DNA of 64,000 bases, from positions 512,001-576,000 of the forward strand of contig OZ253442.1 of NCBI GenBank assembly GCA_965261085.1, in the 5' to 3' direction. A program made the position numbers and the translations under genes. Below are positions 36,981 to 47,150 of this stretch, piece by piece. The notes below the pieces were generated by a model. That model did no database searches. It was given only the letters and a program-made list of their open reading frames with translations, and was not told the origin of the DNA. Origin of the DNA: a bacterium. GTDB taxonomy: Bacteria > UBA8248. How positions within the stretch are numbered: the first letter of the stretch is position 1; the number at the start of each line of letters is the position of its first letter.

Positions 36981-37949
36981 TCAGGCGTATAGATCCTCAT
37001 ACACATCTTCGGGTTCAGGCTCGGGACTTTGCCGCGCGAAGGCGAGCGCATCTTTCAACTCATCCTCCACCGCTTCTAAGTGCGCTTTTTTCTGCGCATC
37101 GCTCACGCCGAGTATTTCCTCCGCCACGAGCAGGGGGTCTTTCGCCTTCCACTCGTTCCACTCATGTTCCGTCCGGTACGGCCCGAACTGCGGGTCTTTT
37201 CTCGAATGGCCGAAATACCGGTAGGTTTTCGCCTCGATCAGGCTGGGCCCAAGGCCCCTCCTCGCGCGATCCACGGCCTCGACCATCACCTCGTAAACCG
37301 CCAGCACGTCCATGCCGTCCACGGTCACGCCGGGAATATCGTACCCGCCCGCGCGCGCGCTGATGTCCGCCACCGAGGTGGCGTACCCCACCCGGGTGCT
37401 CGAGGCGAAATGGTTGTTCTCGCAAAAGAAGATGACGGGGAGTTTCCATATCGAGGCCAGATTCACCGACTCATGAAAGCTGCCCTCGTTCGCTGCGCCG
37501 TCGCCGAAAAAGACGACGGCCACCTGGCCCTTTCCCTCGAAATGAAAGGCGAGGCTGATTCCCACCGCCATCGGCATGTTCGAACCCACGATGGAATGCG
37601 CGCCGTAGTGGCCCTTCGATACGTCGGCGATATGCATGGAGCCGCCCTTGGCGTGGCAAAGGCCGGTCGCCTTGCCCAGAAGTTCCGCCATCATCTCGGG
37701 CAGACGCGTGCCCTTGGCGATGGAATGGCCGTGGCCCCGGTGGGTGGTGAGAATCGCATCGTTATCCTTAAGCGTACTGCACGCGCCGACCGAGCAGCCC
37801 TCCTGCCCGATACTCACGTGGATGCCGCCCACGACCTCCCCCTTATCGAACAACTCGAACGCCGTTTCCTCGAACCTTCGTATGCGCAGCATGTCGCGGT
37901 ACATCCCCTGCATGCGCTCATCGCTCAAAGACGCTTTTTCTTCAGCCAA
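36981..37949 (-). CDS. ThDP-dependent dehydrogenase E1 alpha subunit, copy 1
   Basis: HVSIGQE, THRGHGH, GDGAANEG, ENN; TTG start after AAGGAG. Confidence 0.93.
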   Translation of the reverse strand: MAEEKASLSDERMQGMYRDMLRIRRFEETAFELFDKGEVVGGIHVSIGQEGCSVGACSTLKDNDAILTTHRGHGHSIAKGTRLPEMMAELLGKATGLCHAKGGSMHIADVSKGHYGAHSIVGSNMPMAVGISLAFHFEGKGQVAVVFFGDGAANEGSFHESVNLASIWKLPVIFFCENNHFASSTRVGYATSVADISARAGGYDIPGVTVDGMDVLAVYEVMVEAVDRARRGLGPSLIEAKTYRYFGHSRKDPQFGPYRTEHEWNEWKAKDPLLVAEEILGVSDAQKKAHLEAVEDELKDALAFARQSPEPEPEDVYEDLYA

Positions 37950-38035
37950 AAGGTATTCTCCTTCACGCGGGAAGATGGTTTTTTTCTCGTCCGGAGGCCC
38001 TAAGGTTCTCACAAATCACCCCGTCGGGCCAGCGC

Positions 38036-38443
38036 TCAACCGGATTTCGCCTTCTCTTCCTCGGCCTGCTCGTCGGCGATGCGCTTAAGAGCGTAGAGAC
38101 CCTCCATCAACACGGGCGCGCCGCCGCCGATGCTCGCCACCTCGAACGCCTCGAGCGCCTCTTCCATCGTCGCGCCCAGGCGCAGCGCCTTTTTCGTGTG
38201 GGTGTAGACCTCGTGCTTCATGCCCTTGAAGGCGAGGAGGCCGATTTCGATGAGTTCGCGCGTCTTGGGCTCCAGATGGCGCGGCTTCTCCTTGAAAAAC
38301 CCCCAGTGCATCTCTGAGTAGACCTCGAAATAATCCGGGTCCAGTTGCGCGCCGAAGCCGAGCACGTCATACACGAACCCCCTGTCGCCATGAATCTTCT
38401 CCGTTATGCGCTTTACCTTTTCTTCTCTGGTTTCTTCCGCCAT
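38036..38443 (-). CDS. Carboxymuconolactone decarboxylase (CMD/AhpD-like) family protein
   Basis: LEPKTRELI, HTKKALRLGATMEE; no CxxC. Confidence 0.85.
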   Translation of the reverse strand: MAEETREEKVKRITEKIHGDRGFVYDVLGFGAQLDPDYFEVYSEMHWGFFKEKPRHLEPKTRELIEIGLLAFKGMKHEVYTHTKKALRLGATMEEALEAFEVASIGGGAPVLMEGLYALKRIADEQAEEEKAKSG

Positions 38444-38516
38444 TTTCTTCTCCTTATGGGAACAAGATAAAGGCGGAGGTCTCCGAGCCAGGATACCCCC
38501 GCCTGAAAAAGCAGTC

Positions 38517-39701
38517 CTACGCCGAGGCGAACCTGTCCATCCACCAGTCCGCAATCCAATTGCCGCACATCGCCAGATTGTCGAACACGCAGTGCTGGCT
38601 CCCGCCGTCCTCGACGGTGAAAATTTTGAGTTCTTTTTCTTTCGAGCCGCACGCCTCATAGAGCCTGTAGGCCATATCGACCGGCACGATGTTGTCGTCC
38701 TGCCCGTGGGTGATGCAGATGGGCATGCGTATCTTCTCCGCGACGCCCGCCAGCGTATAGGCCCTGCATTTTTCCATCGCGGAATCCATGTCCGGCGTCC
38801 CGAGCACCCACGGCAACTGCCAGATGGCCGAAGAGGAGATGGTGCCGCCGCTCTCCAGCACCTTTCTCCTGTGCTCCCAGACTTCGTGATAGTCGAAATG
38901 CGCCCCCCAGGTGAGACACGCCGCGTAGCGGTGCTCGAAAGCGGCGATGCGCGGCGCGTAGTAGCCGCCCATGCTCATGGCCATGAGGCCGATGCGCCCA
39001 GAATCCACCTCGGGGCGCGCGTCCAGATAATCGAACGCCGCCGTTCCTGCCACTTCGTAATCGAACCTGCTCGGTATCTTCCGGAGCCTGAGGGTCTCGC
39101 CCTGCCCCGGCCCATCCACGCAGAGCACCCCGACGCCGCGCTCTATCAGGGCGAGCGCGCCCCACAAAACGGTAATCTCCTTCGAGCCGTCCAGTCCATC
39201 GAAAAAAGCGACGTAAGGATCGCTGCCCGTCGGGTTTTTCGGCGGAAGCAGGTACGCCGCCAGCGGCCCTTCTTGGTAGGGAACTTCCACGCGCTCGAAC
39301 CCGGGAACGCGGTATTTCATCCCCTTCTCGTAGTGGGGCAGGAGTTTTTTGTAGGAATCCGATTTCCTCGGGTCCTCGGGATGAACGAAACGCTCGCTCG
39401 CGTAGCGATAAATCGCGCATCGCACAAAAGCCGCCATGGAGGTCCGCTCATGGCCCCTGCGTTCCTCGTCCTCGGCAAGGGCGAGCGTTTTGTCGGCCAT
39501 CCAGGCCCAGGCGTCGTGCCAGGCCTCGGCGTCGCCCGCCCGTCCGCTCAACTGCTTGCCGATCTGATCCAGTTCGTGGAAATTCGAGCCCCCCATCGGG
39601 GTAATGTTGATTTGCCCGCTCATCAACTGCGACCAAAGATAGTGCTCGGGGAAATACCGGAACCATGAACCGATTACGTTCTCTACCGCCATTACCGCCA
39701 T
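38517..39701 (-). CDS. Alpha/beta hydrolase, DHPON hydrolase/FrsA-like (paralogue 3)
   Basis: WFRYFPEHYLWS, FDGLD, DGPGQGE, AMSMGGYY, QHC. Confidence 0.88.
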   Translation of the reverse strand: MAVMAVENVIGSWFRYFPEHYLWSQLMSGQINITPMGGSNFHELDQIGKQLSGRAGDAEAWHDAWAWMADKTLALAEDEERRGHERTSMAAFVRCAIYRYASERFVHPEDPRKSDSYKKLLPHYEKGMKYRVPGFERVEVPYQEGPLAAYLLPPKNPTGSDPYVAFFDGLDGSKEITVLWGALALIERGVGVLCVDGPGQGETLRLRKIPSRFDYEVAGTAAFDYLDARPEVDSGRIGLMAMSMGGYYAPRIAAFEHRYAACLTWGAHFDYHEVWEHRRKVLESGGTISSSAIWQLPWVLGTPDMDSAMEKCRAYTLAGVAEKIRMPICITHGQDDNIVPVDMAYRLYEACGSKEKELKIFTVEDGGSQHCVFDNLAMCGNWIADWWMDRFASA

Positions 39702-39879
39702 GAAAAGCCTCCTTTTTTTACATATTCATGAATTTCGCGATGGGAGGAACATACACGCAACGCCTGCGCGTTCACAAGCAAACCACACCAGAAGAAAACC
39801 CCTCTTTTCGCTTTGACGCTATATTCGCATCCATGATAAGTTCACGCATCTAATCGCGGAAAAATGAGAAAAATGAAAT

Positions 39880-39900
39880 ATCACAAAAGGTCTTTGCGAT
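39880..39900. promoter_or_regulatory. Imperfect inverted repeat in a divergent AT-rich promoter region (possible operator)
   Basis: ATCACAAA-aggtc-TTTGCGAT. Confidence 0.3.
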
Positions 39901-39972
39901 TAAAAAGATGGATTTTCGATCTTCACCAGAGCAGTTTTTTTCACCCTAGCTTTTCCTATAGGAGGAAAACCG

Positions 39973-41502
39973 ATGCGCAAGTTTTTTGTAATCCTGGCCG
40001 CCTTCGCCATCCTGGCGGTCGGCGCGCCCGTGACGGCTGACGCGAAAAGCACCGTCACCATCGCCCTCTCGGGCGAACCCCCGACGATGGACCCGCACCG
40101 CGTCTCGAACTTCGTCGGCGCGATGGTCTGGCGTTGGAGCTACGACACCCTTCTTCACGCCGAGACCGGAACGGGCGAGAAAAAGCCCTGGCTCGCCACG
40201 AAGTGGGTGCAACTCTCTCCCCTGAAGTGGAAGTTCAGCCTGAGAAAGGGCGTCAAGTTCTCGGATGGCACACCCTTCACGGCGGAAAGCTTCAAGTACA
40301 CCATCAGCCGCATCAGGAAGTCCGCGCGGCAAAGACAGTACTTCAAGAACATCGATAAAATCGAAGTCATCGACGATCACACCTTCATCTATCACAACAG
40401 AGAACCCGACGGCGGCATGTGGAACCGCCTGACCCGCTGGGCCGGCCCCATCAGCCTGAAGACCAAGGGCATGGAACTCGCCCACATCTCACGCAACACC
40501 TACGGCACGGGCCCCTACATTCTGAAATCCTGGACCAAGGGCCAGAAGATGGTATTCGATGCGAACCCGAACTGGTGGAACAACAAGAACTTCCCGAAAC
40601 GACCGCAGCGCGTCGTTCTCCGCCGCATCCGCGAGAGCGCCACGCGCGCCAAGGCGCTTCAGGCGGGCGAGATCGACGTGGCCTGGGGTATCATGCCGCA
40701 ATTCATCCCCCAGCTCGAGAAAAACCCGAAGACGAAAGTCGCCGTCGTCCCCGCCGTGCGCATCATGCACATGGGCTTCTTCACGACGCACGGCGGCCCG
40801 ATGGCCAACGTGAAGGTGCGTAAGGCAATCAACTACGCCATCGACGCGGAAGCGATTCGCAAGACCATCCTGGGCGGACGCGCCGACCTCTTCGGTCAGA
40901 TGCTCCACCCCTGGAACTACTCGGGCTACAACCCGAAGAAAAAATGGTACGGCTACGACCCGGCCAAGGCGAAGACTCTCCTCAAGGAAGCCGGCTACGG
41001 CAAGGGTTTCAAGATGGAAGTCATCGCCACGAACGGCCGCTACCCGGGCGACAAGGCCACGTGTGAGGCCATCGCCGGCATGGTCAAGAAAGTCGGCGTG
41101 AAAGCTACCTGTAACTCCCAGCGTTTCCCGCTCTTCAAGAAGCTGCACCGCGCCTACAAGGCCGGCAAGAGAAAAGGCGCTGCGGCCTATTACATGGGCT
41201 TCGGCAACGGCCAGGGCGACTCCACCTCCGTGCTTCGCGGAACGTCGGGCTGCAAAGGCCCTTGGAGCGGCATGTGCTACAAGGAGCTGGATAAGGCGAT
41301 CGACGCGGCCACGGCCACCGTCGACCCGAAAAAACAGCAGATGGCATTCGAGGGCGTGACCGACATGATGAAAGAACTGGTCACGCACAAGATCGTCGTG
41401 AAGATCCACGACGTGCTCGGCCATGGCTCGAACCTGAAATGGATCCCGCGCCACGACGAAACACTCCTCCCCTGGGAAATCGGAGTGCTCGGCATGAACT
41501 AA
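39973..41502 (+). CDS. ABC transporter substrate-binding protein, family 5
   Basis: Signal peptide, LRKGVKFSDGTPFTA, GTGPY, VRKAINYAID. Confidence 0.95.
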   Translation: MRKFFVILAAFAILAVGAPVTADAKSTVTIALSGEPPTMDPHRVSNFVGAMVWRWSYDTLLHAETGTGEKKPWLATKWVQLSPLKWKFSLRKGVKFSDGTPFTAESFKYTISRIRKSARQRQYFKNIDKIEVIDDHTFIYHNREPDGGMWNRLTRWAGPISLKTKGMELAHISRNTYGTGPYILKSWTKGQKMVFDANPNWWNNKNFPKRPQRVVLRRIRESATRAKALQAGEIDVAWGIMPQFIPQLEKNPKTKVAVVPAVRIMHMGFFTTHGGPMANVKVRKAINYAIDAEAIRKTILGGRADLFGQMLHPWNYSGYNPKKKWYGYDPAKAKTLLKEAGYGKGFKMEVIATNGRYPGDKATCEAIAGMVKKVGVKATCNSQRFPLFKKLHRAYKAGKRKGAAAYYMGFGNGQGDSTSVLRGTSGCKGPWSGMCYKELDKAIDAATATVDPKKQQMAFEGVTDMMKELVTHKIVVKIHDVLGHGSNLKWIPRHDETLLPWEIGVLGMN

Positions 41503-41525
41503 GCGGGTGTTTTCGCTGCATCACG

Positions 41526-41562
41526 CCGCGGGGGGTGGCTGAACGCCCCCCGCGGTTTTTTT
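41526..41562 (+). terminator. Rho-independent terminator
   Basis: CCGCGGGGGG...CCCCCCGCGG followed by a T7 tract. Confidence 0.85.
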
Positions 41563-41600
41563 ACACCTTCACGGATAAAACGTTTTTTTGAGGTTCAGAC

Positions 41601-42611
41601 ATGAAATTCGGCATCTTTTTGTCCGCGCAACAGACCCTGGACGCCAATCTGATCGACGCGTTCCGCTCTCAAATCGACCTGGTTCGCCTGACGCGCGACA
41701 AGGGTTGGGATTCTTTTTTCACCGGCCAGCACTACCTGAGCGAAGGCAACGTGCAGCACTTGCAAAACCTGCCCTTTCTCGCGCGCTTAAAGGCGGAGGC
41801 GGGCGATATGATGCTCGGCATCGGCGTTTTGCTCATCAATCTGCACAATCCGGTCTACGTGGCGGAGACCGTCGCCACCATGGACGTCATCGCCGAGGGC
41901 AACATGGCCTTCGGCGTCGGCCTCGGCTACCGCGACGTGGAGTTCGACGCCTTCGGCGTCCGGCGGGGCGAGCGGGTGAAGCGCTTCGTGGATTGCCTCG
42001 AACTGGTGAAGCGCCTCTGGACGGAAGAATCCGTATCGTTCGAGAGCGAATACTGCACGCTGAAAGACGTGCGCATGAACATGCGCCCCGTGCAGAAGCC
42101 CCATCCACCCATCTGGTTCGCGGCGAACAGCGACCCGGCCGTGAAGCGCGCGGCGCACCTAGGCGACACGCTCTTCATTAACCCGCACGCAACCACGCAG
42201 ACCATCGCGCGCCAGATGGACGTCTACCGCGAAGGCCTGGCCGAGGCGGGGAAATCCTTTCCAGAGGATCTTCCCTGCATGAAAGAGGTCTTCTGCGCCA
42301 AGGACAGAAAAACGGCGCTCGAACTCGCAGGCCCCTATCTCGGCCAGAAGTACAAGGACTACGCCCGCTGGGGTCAGGACAAGGCTCTGCCTGAGGATGA
42401 AACCTTCGACCAGCCCTTCGAGGACTTACTCAAGGACCGCTTCGTCATCGGCTCACCGGAGGATTGTTACGAGCAACTAAAGCCCTACAAGGACATGGGC
42501 GTGAACCACCTCATCATCCGCACGCACTGGATCGGCATGCCCGCCTCGTCCGCACTGGAAAGCGCGCGGCTCATCTCCGACGAACTCATGCCCGCGCTGA
42601 AAGGAAGCTAG
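41601..42611 (+). CDS. LLM-class flavin-dependent oxidoreductase
   Basis: MKFGIF, GQHY, GVGLGYR, RPVQKPHPPIW, IGSPE. Confidence 0.92.
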   Translation: MKFGIFLSAQQTLDANLIDAFRSQIDLVRLTRDKGWDSFFTGQHYLSEGNVQHLQNLPFLARLKAEAGDMMLGIGVLLINLHNPVYVAETVATMDVIAEGNMAFGVGLGYRDVEFDAFGVRRGERVKRFVDCLELVKRLWTEESVSFESEYCTLKDVRMNMRPVQKPHPPIWFAANSDPAVKRAAHLGDTLFINPHATTQTIARQMDVYREGLAEAGKSFPEDLPCMKEVFCAKDRKTALELAGPYLGQKYKDYARWGQDKALPEDETFDQPFEDLLKDRFVIGSPEDCYEQLKPYKDMGVNHLIIRTHWIGMPASSALESARLISDELMPALKGS

Positions 42612-42667
42612 GAGGTGAGCAGAAAAAGCGAATTCATTTCAACTCTTGATGAAAGAAGAGATCGGAA

Positions 42668-43321
42668 ATGAATTATACGAAGCCCCTTGAAGTTTGCGCC
42701 ATCGACGTTGAAACTACCGGACTAGACCCCGAGAACGACAGGATCGTAAGTGCGGGTCTTGTTAGAATCACGATCGCCGTGAATGAGAATTTTGCAGACG
42801 GCGAGACGATGGAAGTAATGGTTAATCCTGGGGTTTCCATTCCTCGGAGGGCATCTGATGTTCATGGGATTTATGACCGTGATGTTAAGGATCACGCGTC
42901 TTTTGAAAAAGTGGCCCAACAAGTGAGAGATTTTATTGGGAACCGGGTATTAGTAGGCCACAATGTGTCTTTTGATAAGGCGTTTTTAAGCGCTTCATTC
43001 AAGAGAGCTGGTCTCAAATCTTTACACCGCAATCGAAGCATCTGCACCATGTTAAGGATGAAAGAATTGAGAGGAGATTTTGGGGCTGGATACATAAATA
43101 CCAGTCTCGACGATACTGCTTTACTTTTGGGGTTTGGAGGAAGAAAAAGAAAAAAGCACATAGCCCTGGAAGATGCTCTGTTGTCCCTGAAAATAGCGGG
43201 CTGGTTCCTGAGATACGAAGCAGGAATCGGGGAATTAAGTGACGATGATTTACAGAATGCCTTCAATCTGTGGAAATCGGAGGAAGGAAAAGAACTTCTT
43301 CGAAGAGAGTTGAAAAGATAA
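42668..43321 (+). CDS. Stand-alone DEDDh 3'-5' exonuclease (DnaQ-like), AT-rich
   Basis: IDVETTGL (ExoI), GHNVSFD (ExoII), HIALEDA (ExoIII). Confidence 0.9.
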   Translation: MNYTKPLEVCAIDVETTGLDPENDRIVSAGLVRITIAVNENFADGETMEVMVNPGVSIPRRASDVHGIYDRDVKDHASFEKVAQQVRDFIGNRVLVGHNVSFDKAFLSASFKRAGLKSLHRNRSICTMLRMKELRGDFGAGYINTSLDDTALLLGFGGRKRKKHIALEDALLSLKIAGWFLRYEAGIGELSDDDLQNAFNLWKSEEGKELLRRELKR

Positions 43322-43352
43322 AACGCTCGCGAACCCAAAAGGAGACACCAAC

Positions 43353-44543
43353 ATGGCCTCGCTGAAAGACCACCCCCGCTACCCGAAAGCCGAATACGCC
43401 CGACGCTACCGCGAGATCAGAAAAAGAATGCGCGCGCGGGGAATCGACGTCCTCATCTTCTACGGGGATTCGGGGATGCAGGGCGGCAACCAGGCCAACC
43501 TCAAATACGTCACGAACTACAAGGACCCGGTGAGCAGTTTCTTCGTCTTTCCGCTCAGGGGCGCGCCCGCCCTTTTCATGTCGAACCGGCTCTACCTCCC
43601 CTACGCGAAAAAGATGAGCGTGATCAATAAAACAGAAGCCGTGGACTATGAGCCGGGTCTCAAGGTCGAAGGACGCATTCGCGAACTGGGGCTCGAGAAA
43701 GGGACCATCGGCCTGGTCGGCTTTCGCGGCATTCTGCCCGTGTCCATGCCGTTCAGCGTGGTGGACCACTGGCGGAAAACCTTAAAAGGCGCGAGCTTTA
43801 CGGACGCTTCGGATATTCTCGCCGAAGTGCGGCTCATCAAGAGCCCCGAAGAACTCAAATGGTTCAGGCGCGGGGCGGCGCTCACGGATCTGGCCTTCGA
43901 GGCCCTGGACAAAAAAGCGAAGATAGGCATGAGCGAGTTCGAACTCGCCGCCGTCATCTCCGGCGCATACGTGCCCAAAGGCGGAAGCCCGCAGCTCATA
44001 TTCGTGGGTTCGACCTCCATGGCGAGACCGCAGTTGATCTTCCCCAACCAGTTTCCATCGCACCGGAAGATCAGAAAAGGCGACATCGTGCTGACGGAGC
44101 TCTCCGCCGATTACGAGATGCACCCCGGACAGGCGCACCGGCCCATATCCGTGGGAGTGGAGCCGAAACCCATCTACCAGAAACTCTACGAGGTCGCCGT
44201 CGAGGCCTACGAGCGGATATTCAAGGCCTTGAAACCCGGCAACACGCACGAGGACATAAAGCGCGCGGGCTCCATCATTGAAGAGGAGGGCTTCACCACC
44301 TTCGACACCACCTTCCACGGGTGGGGCCTTCTCATCGAAAACCCCCGCGTCGACGTGGGCGCCACCATTCTCAAACGACCGCAGAACGAAATCACCTTCA
44401 AAGAAGGCATGCTCATGGTGATTCAGCCCAACGTCTGCACGGCGGACGGCAAACGCGGTCTTCAGGTAGGAAACCTCGTGGAAGTCACCAAAACCGGCGC
44501 GCGCGCCCTCCAGAAATTTCCCATGAAGTTCATGCGCATATAA
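43353..44543 (+). CDS. M24 (pita-bread) family protein, creatinase/Xaa-Pro peptidase-like
   Basis: Creatinase-type N domain, RLIKSPEE, FHGWG, GMLMVIQPN. Confidence 0.88.
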   Translation: MASLKDHPRYPKAEYARRYREIRKRMRARGIDVLIFYGDSGMQGGNQANLKYVTNYKDPVSSFFVFPLRGAPALFMSNRLYLPYAKKMSVINKTEAVDYEPGLKVEGRIRELGLEKGTIGLVGFRGILPVSMPFSVVDHWRKTLKGASFTDASDILAEVRLIKSPEELKWFRRGAALTDLAFEALDKKAKIGMSEFELAAVISGAYVPKGGSPQLIFVGSTSMARPQLIFPNQFPSHRKIRKGDIVLTELSADYEMHPGQAHRPISVGVEPKPIYQKLYEVAVEAYERIFKALKPGNTHEDIKRAGSIIEEEGFTTFDTTFHGWGLLIENPRVDVGATILKRPQNEITFKEGMLMVIQPNVCTADGKRGLQVGNLVEVTKTGARALQKFPMKFMRI

Positions 44544-44574
44544 AAAACCGCCCCGCGGGGTCCCTGCGGGGCGG
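44542..44574 (-). terminator. Terminator hairpin between convergent genes
   Basis: A-tract then CCGCCCCGCGGG/CCCTGCGGGGCGG stem; U-tract on the minus strand. Confidence 0.75.
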
Positions 44575-44592
44575 CTCTCGTACTCAGAAAAA

Positions 44593-45036
44593 TCAGTTGG
44601 CGGGCATAGCCGCGATCCTCGCCCCCAGATCCTCGGCGAGGGGAGAACCCAGGCTCTTGAGCTTTTGCAAATCCGCCAGGGCGGCCGCCTTGTTCCCGGC
44701 CATGACGTGGGCGACACCCCTATATTCCAGAGCGGGCGCATAGTCGGGCTTGATGGAGAGCGCCTTATTATAGGCGGCGATGGCCTCTTTCGCCTTGCCC
44801 ATCTTCCGTAAGGAATAACCCAGCATGTTCAGGGCCTTGTAATGCTGCCCGTCTTCTTCTATCACCTTCCGAAACAGCGCCGCCGCTTCTTCCCATTTTC
44901 CCTGCCGCGCTTTTTCCTCTCCTTGAGAATAATTCTGCCCGGCCATCTGGGGCTTGGGGTCGCCCGCCGGGTGGGAGGGCGCCGCCAGGGCGAGCGACAT
45001 CACGAACGCGATAACAACGACGGACAAGATTTTCAT
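44593..45036 (-). CDS. Exported tetratricopeptide repeat protein
   Basis: Signal peptide MKILSVVVIAF; TPR helices ALNMLGYSLRKMG and ALEYRG. Confidence 0.85.
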   Translation of the reverse strand: MKILSVVVIAFVMSLALAAPSHPAGDPKPQMAGQNYSQGEEKARQGKWEEAAALFRKVIEEDGQHYKALNMLGYSLRKMGKAKEAIAAYNKALSIKPDYAPALEYRGVAHVMAGNKAAALADLQKLKSLGSPLAEDLGARIAAMPAN

Positions 45037-45151
45037 GGCATCATCTCCTATGAAACAAAACGTCCACTTGAGACGGCATCTTTCGGATGGCCACGCCTGC
45101 TGCACCATCTGCTCAAGGCGCGGTTTTCGGCTTCAGGCTCAGGTATATGAC

Positions 45152-45196
45152 AAAAAAAGAGGGCTGTCATTCACCCCTTCGGGTAAGCGACAGCCC
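45152..45196 (-). terminator. Rho-independent terminator of the atp operon
   Basis: GGGCTGTC/GACAGCCC stem with an A7 tract on + (U7 on -). Confidence 0.75.
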
Positions 45197-45212
45197 CCAT
45201 GCGAGATATCCG

Positions 45213-45638
45213 CTAGTTGTTGAGGCCGCTTTGGTTCGCCACGGAAACGCGGGAAATAGCGCGCTTCAAGGACAACTCGGCCCGGTCGAAATCGAGTTCT
45301 TCCTCGCTCTTCTGGCCCGCCATGCGCTCATGCGCACGCTGGCGCGATTCCTGCGCACGTGCGGCGTCGATGTCTTCGGCCCGCTCGGCGCTCTCCGCCA
45401 AGATGGTTATCTTCTCAGGTCCCACCTCGGCGTATCCCTCGATGATGGAGACGAAATACCGTGCGCTGCCCGTGCGGTAGCTGAGCACGCCAACCCCAAG
45501 CTGGCACAGATAGGGCGTGTGCTGGGGCAATACGCCGAACTCACCATAAAACCCTGGAGCCGTCACCTCGTCCACTTCTGCGGAAATGAGCTTGCGTTCC
45601 GGTGTTACGATGTCGAGCATCATCTTGCCTTCAACCAT
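45213..45638 (-). CDS. atpC: F1 ATP synthase epsilon subunit
   Basis: IVTPE, GEFGVLPQH, IDAARA. Confidence 0.96.
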   Translation of the reverse strand: MVEGKMMLDIVTPERKLISAEVDEVTAPGFYGEFGVLPQHTPYLCQLGVGVLSYRTGSARYFVSIIEGYAEVGPEKITILAESAERAEDIDAARAQESRQRAHERMAGQKSEEELDFDRAELSLKRAISRVSVANQSGLNN

Positions 45639-45642
45639 CTTG

Positions 45643-47121
<1,479 letters not shown>

Positions 47122-47150
47122 TCAGGGGTGATTTCTCGCTTTCGAATCCT

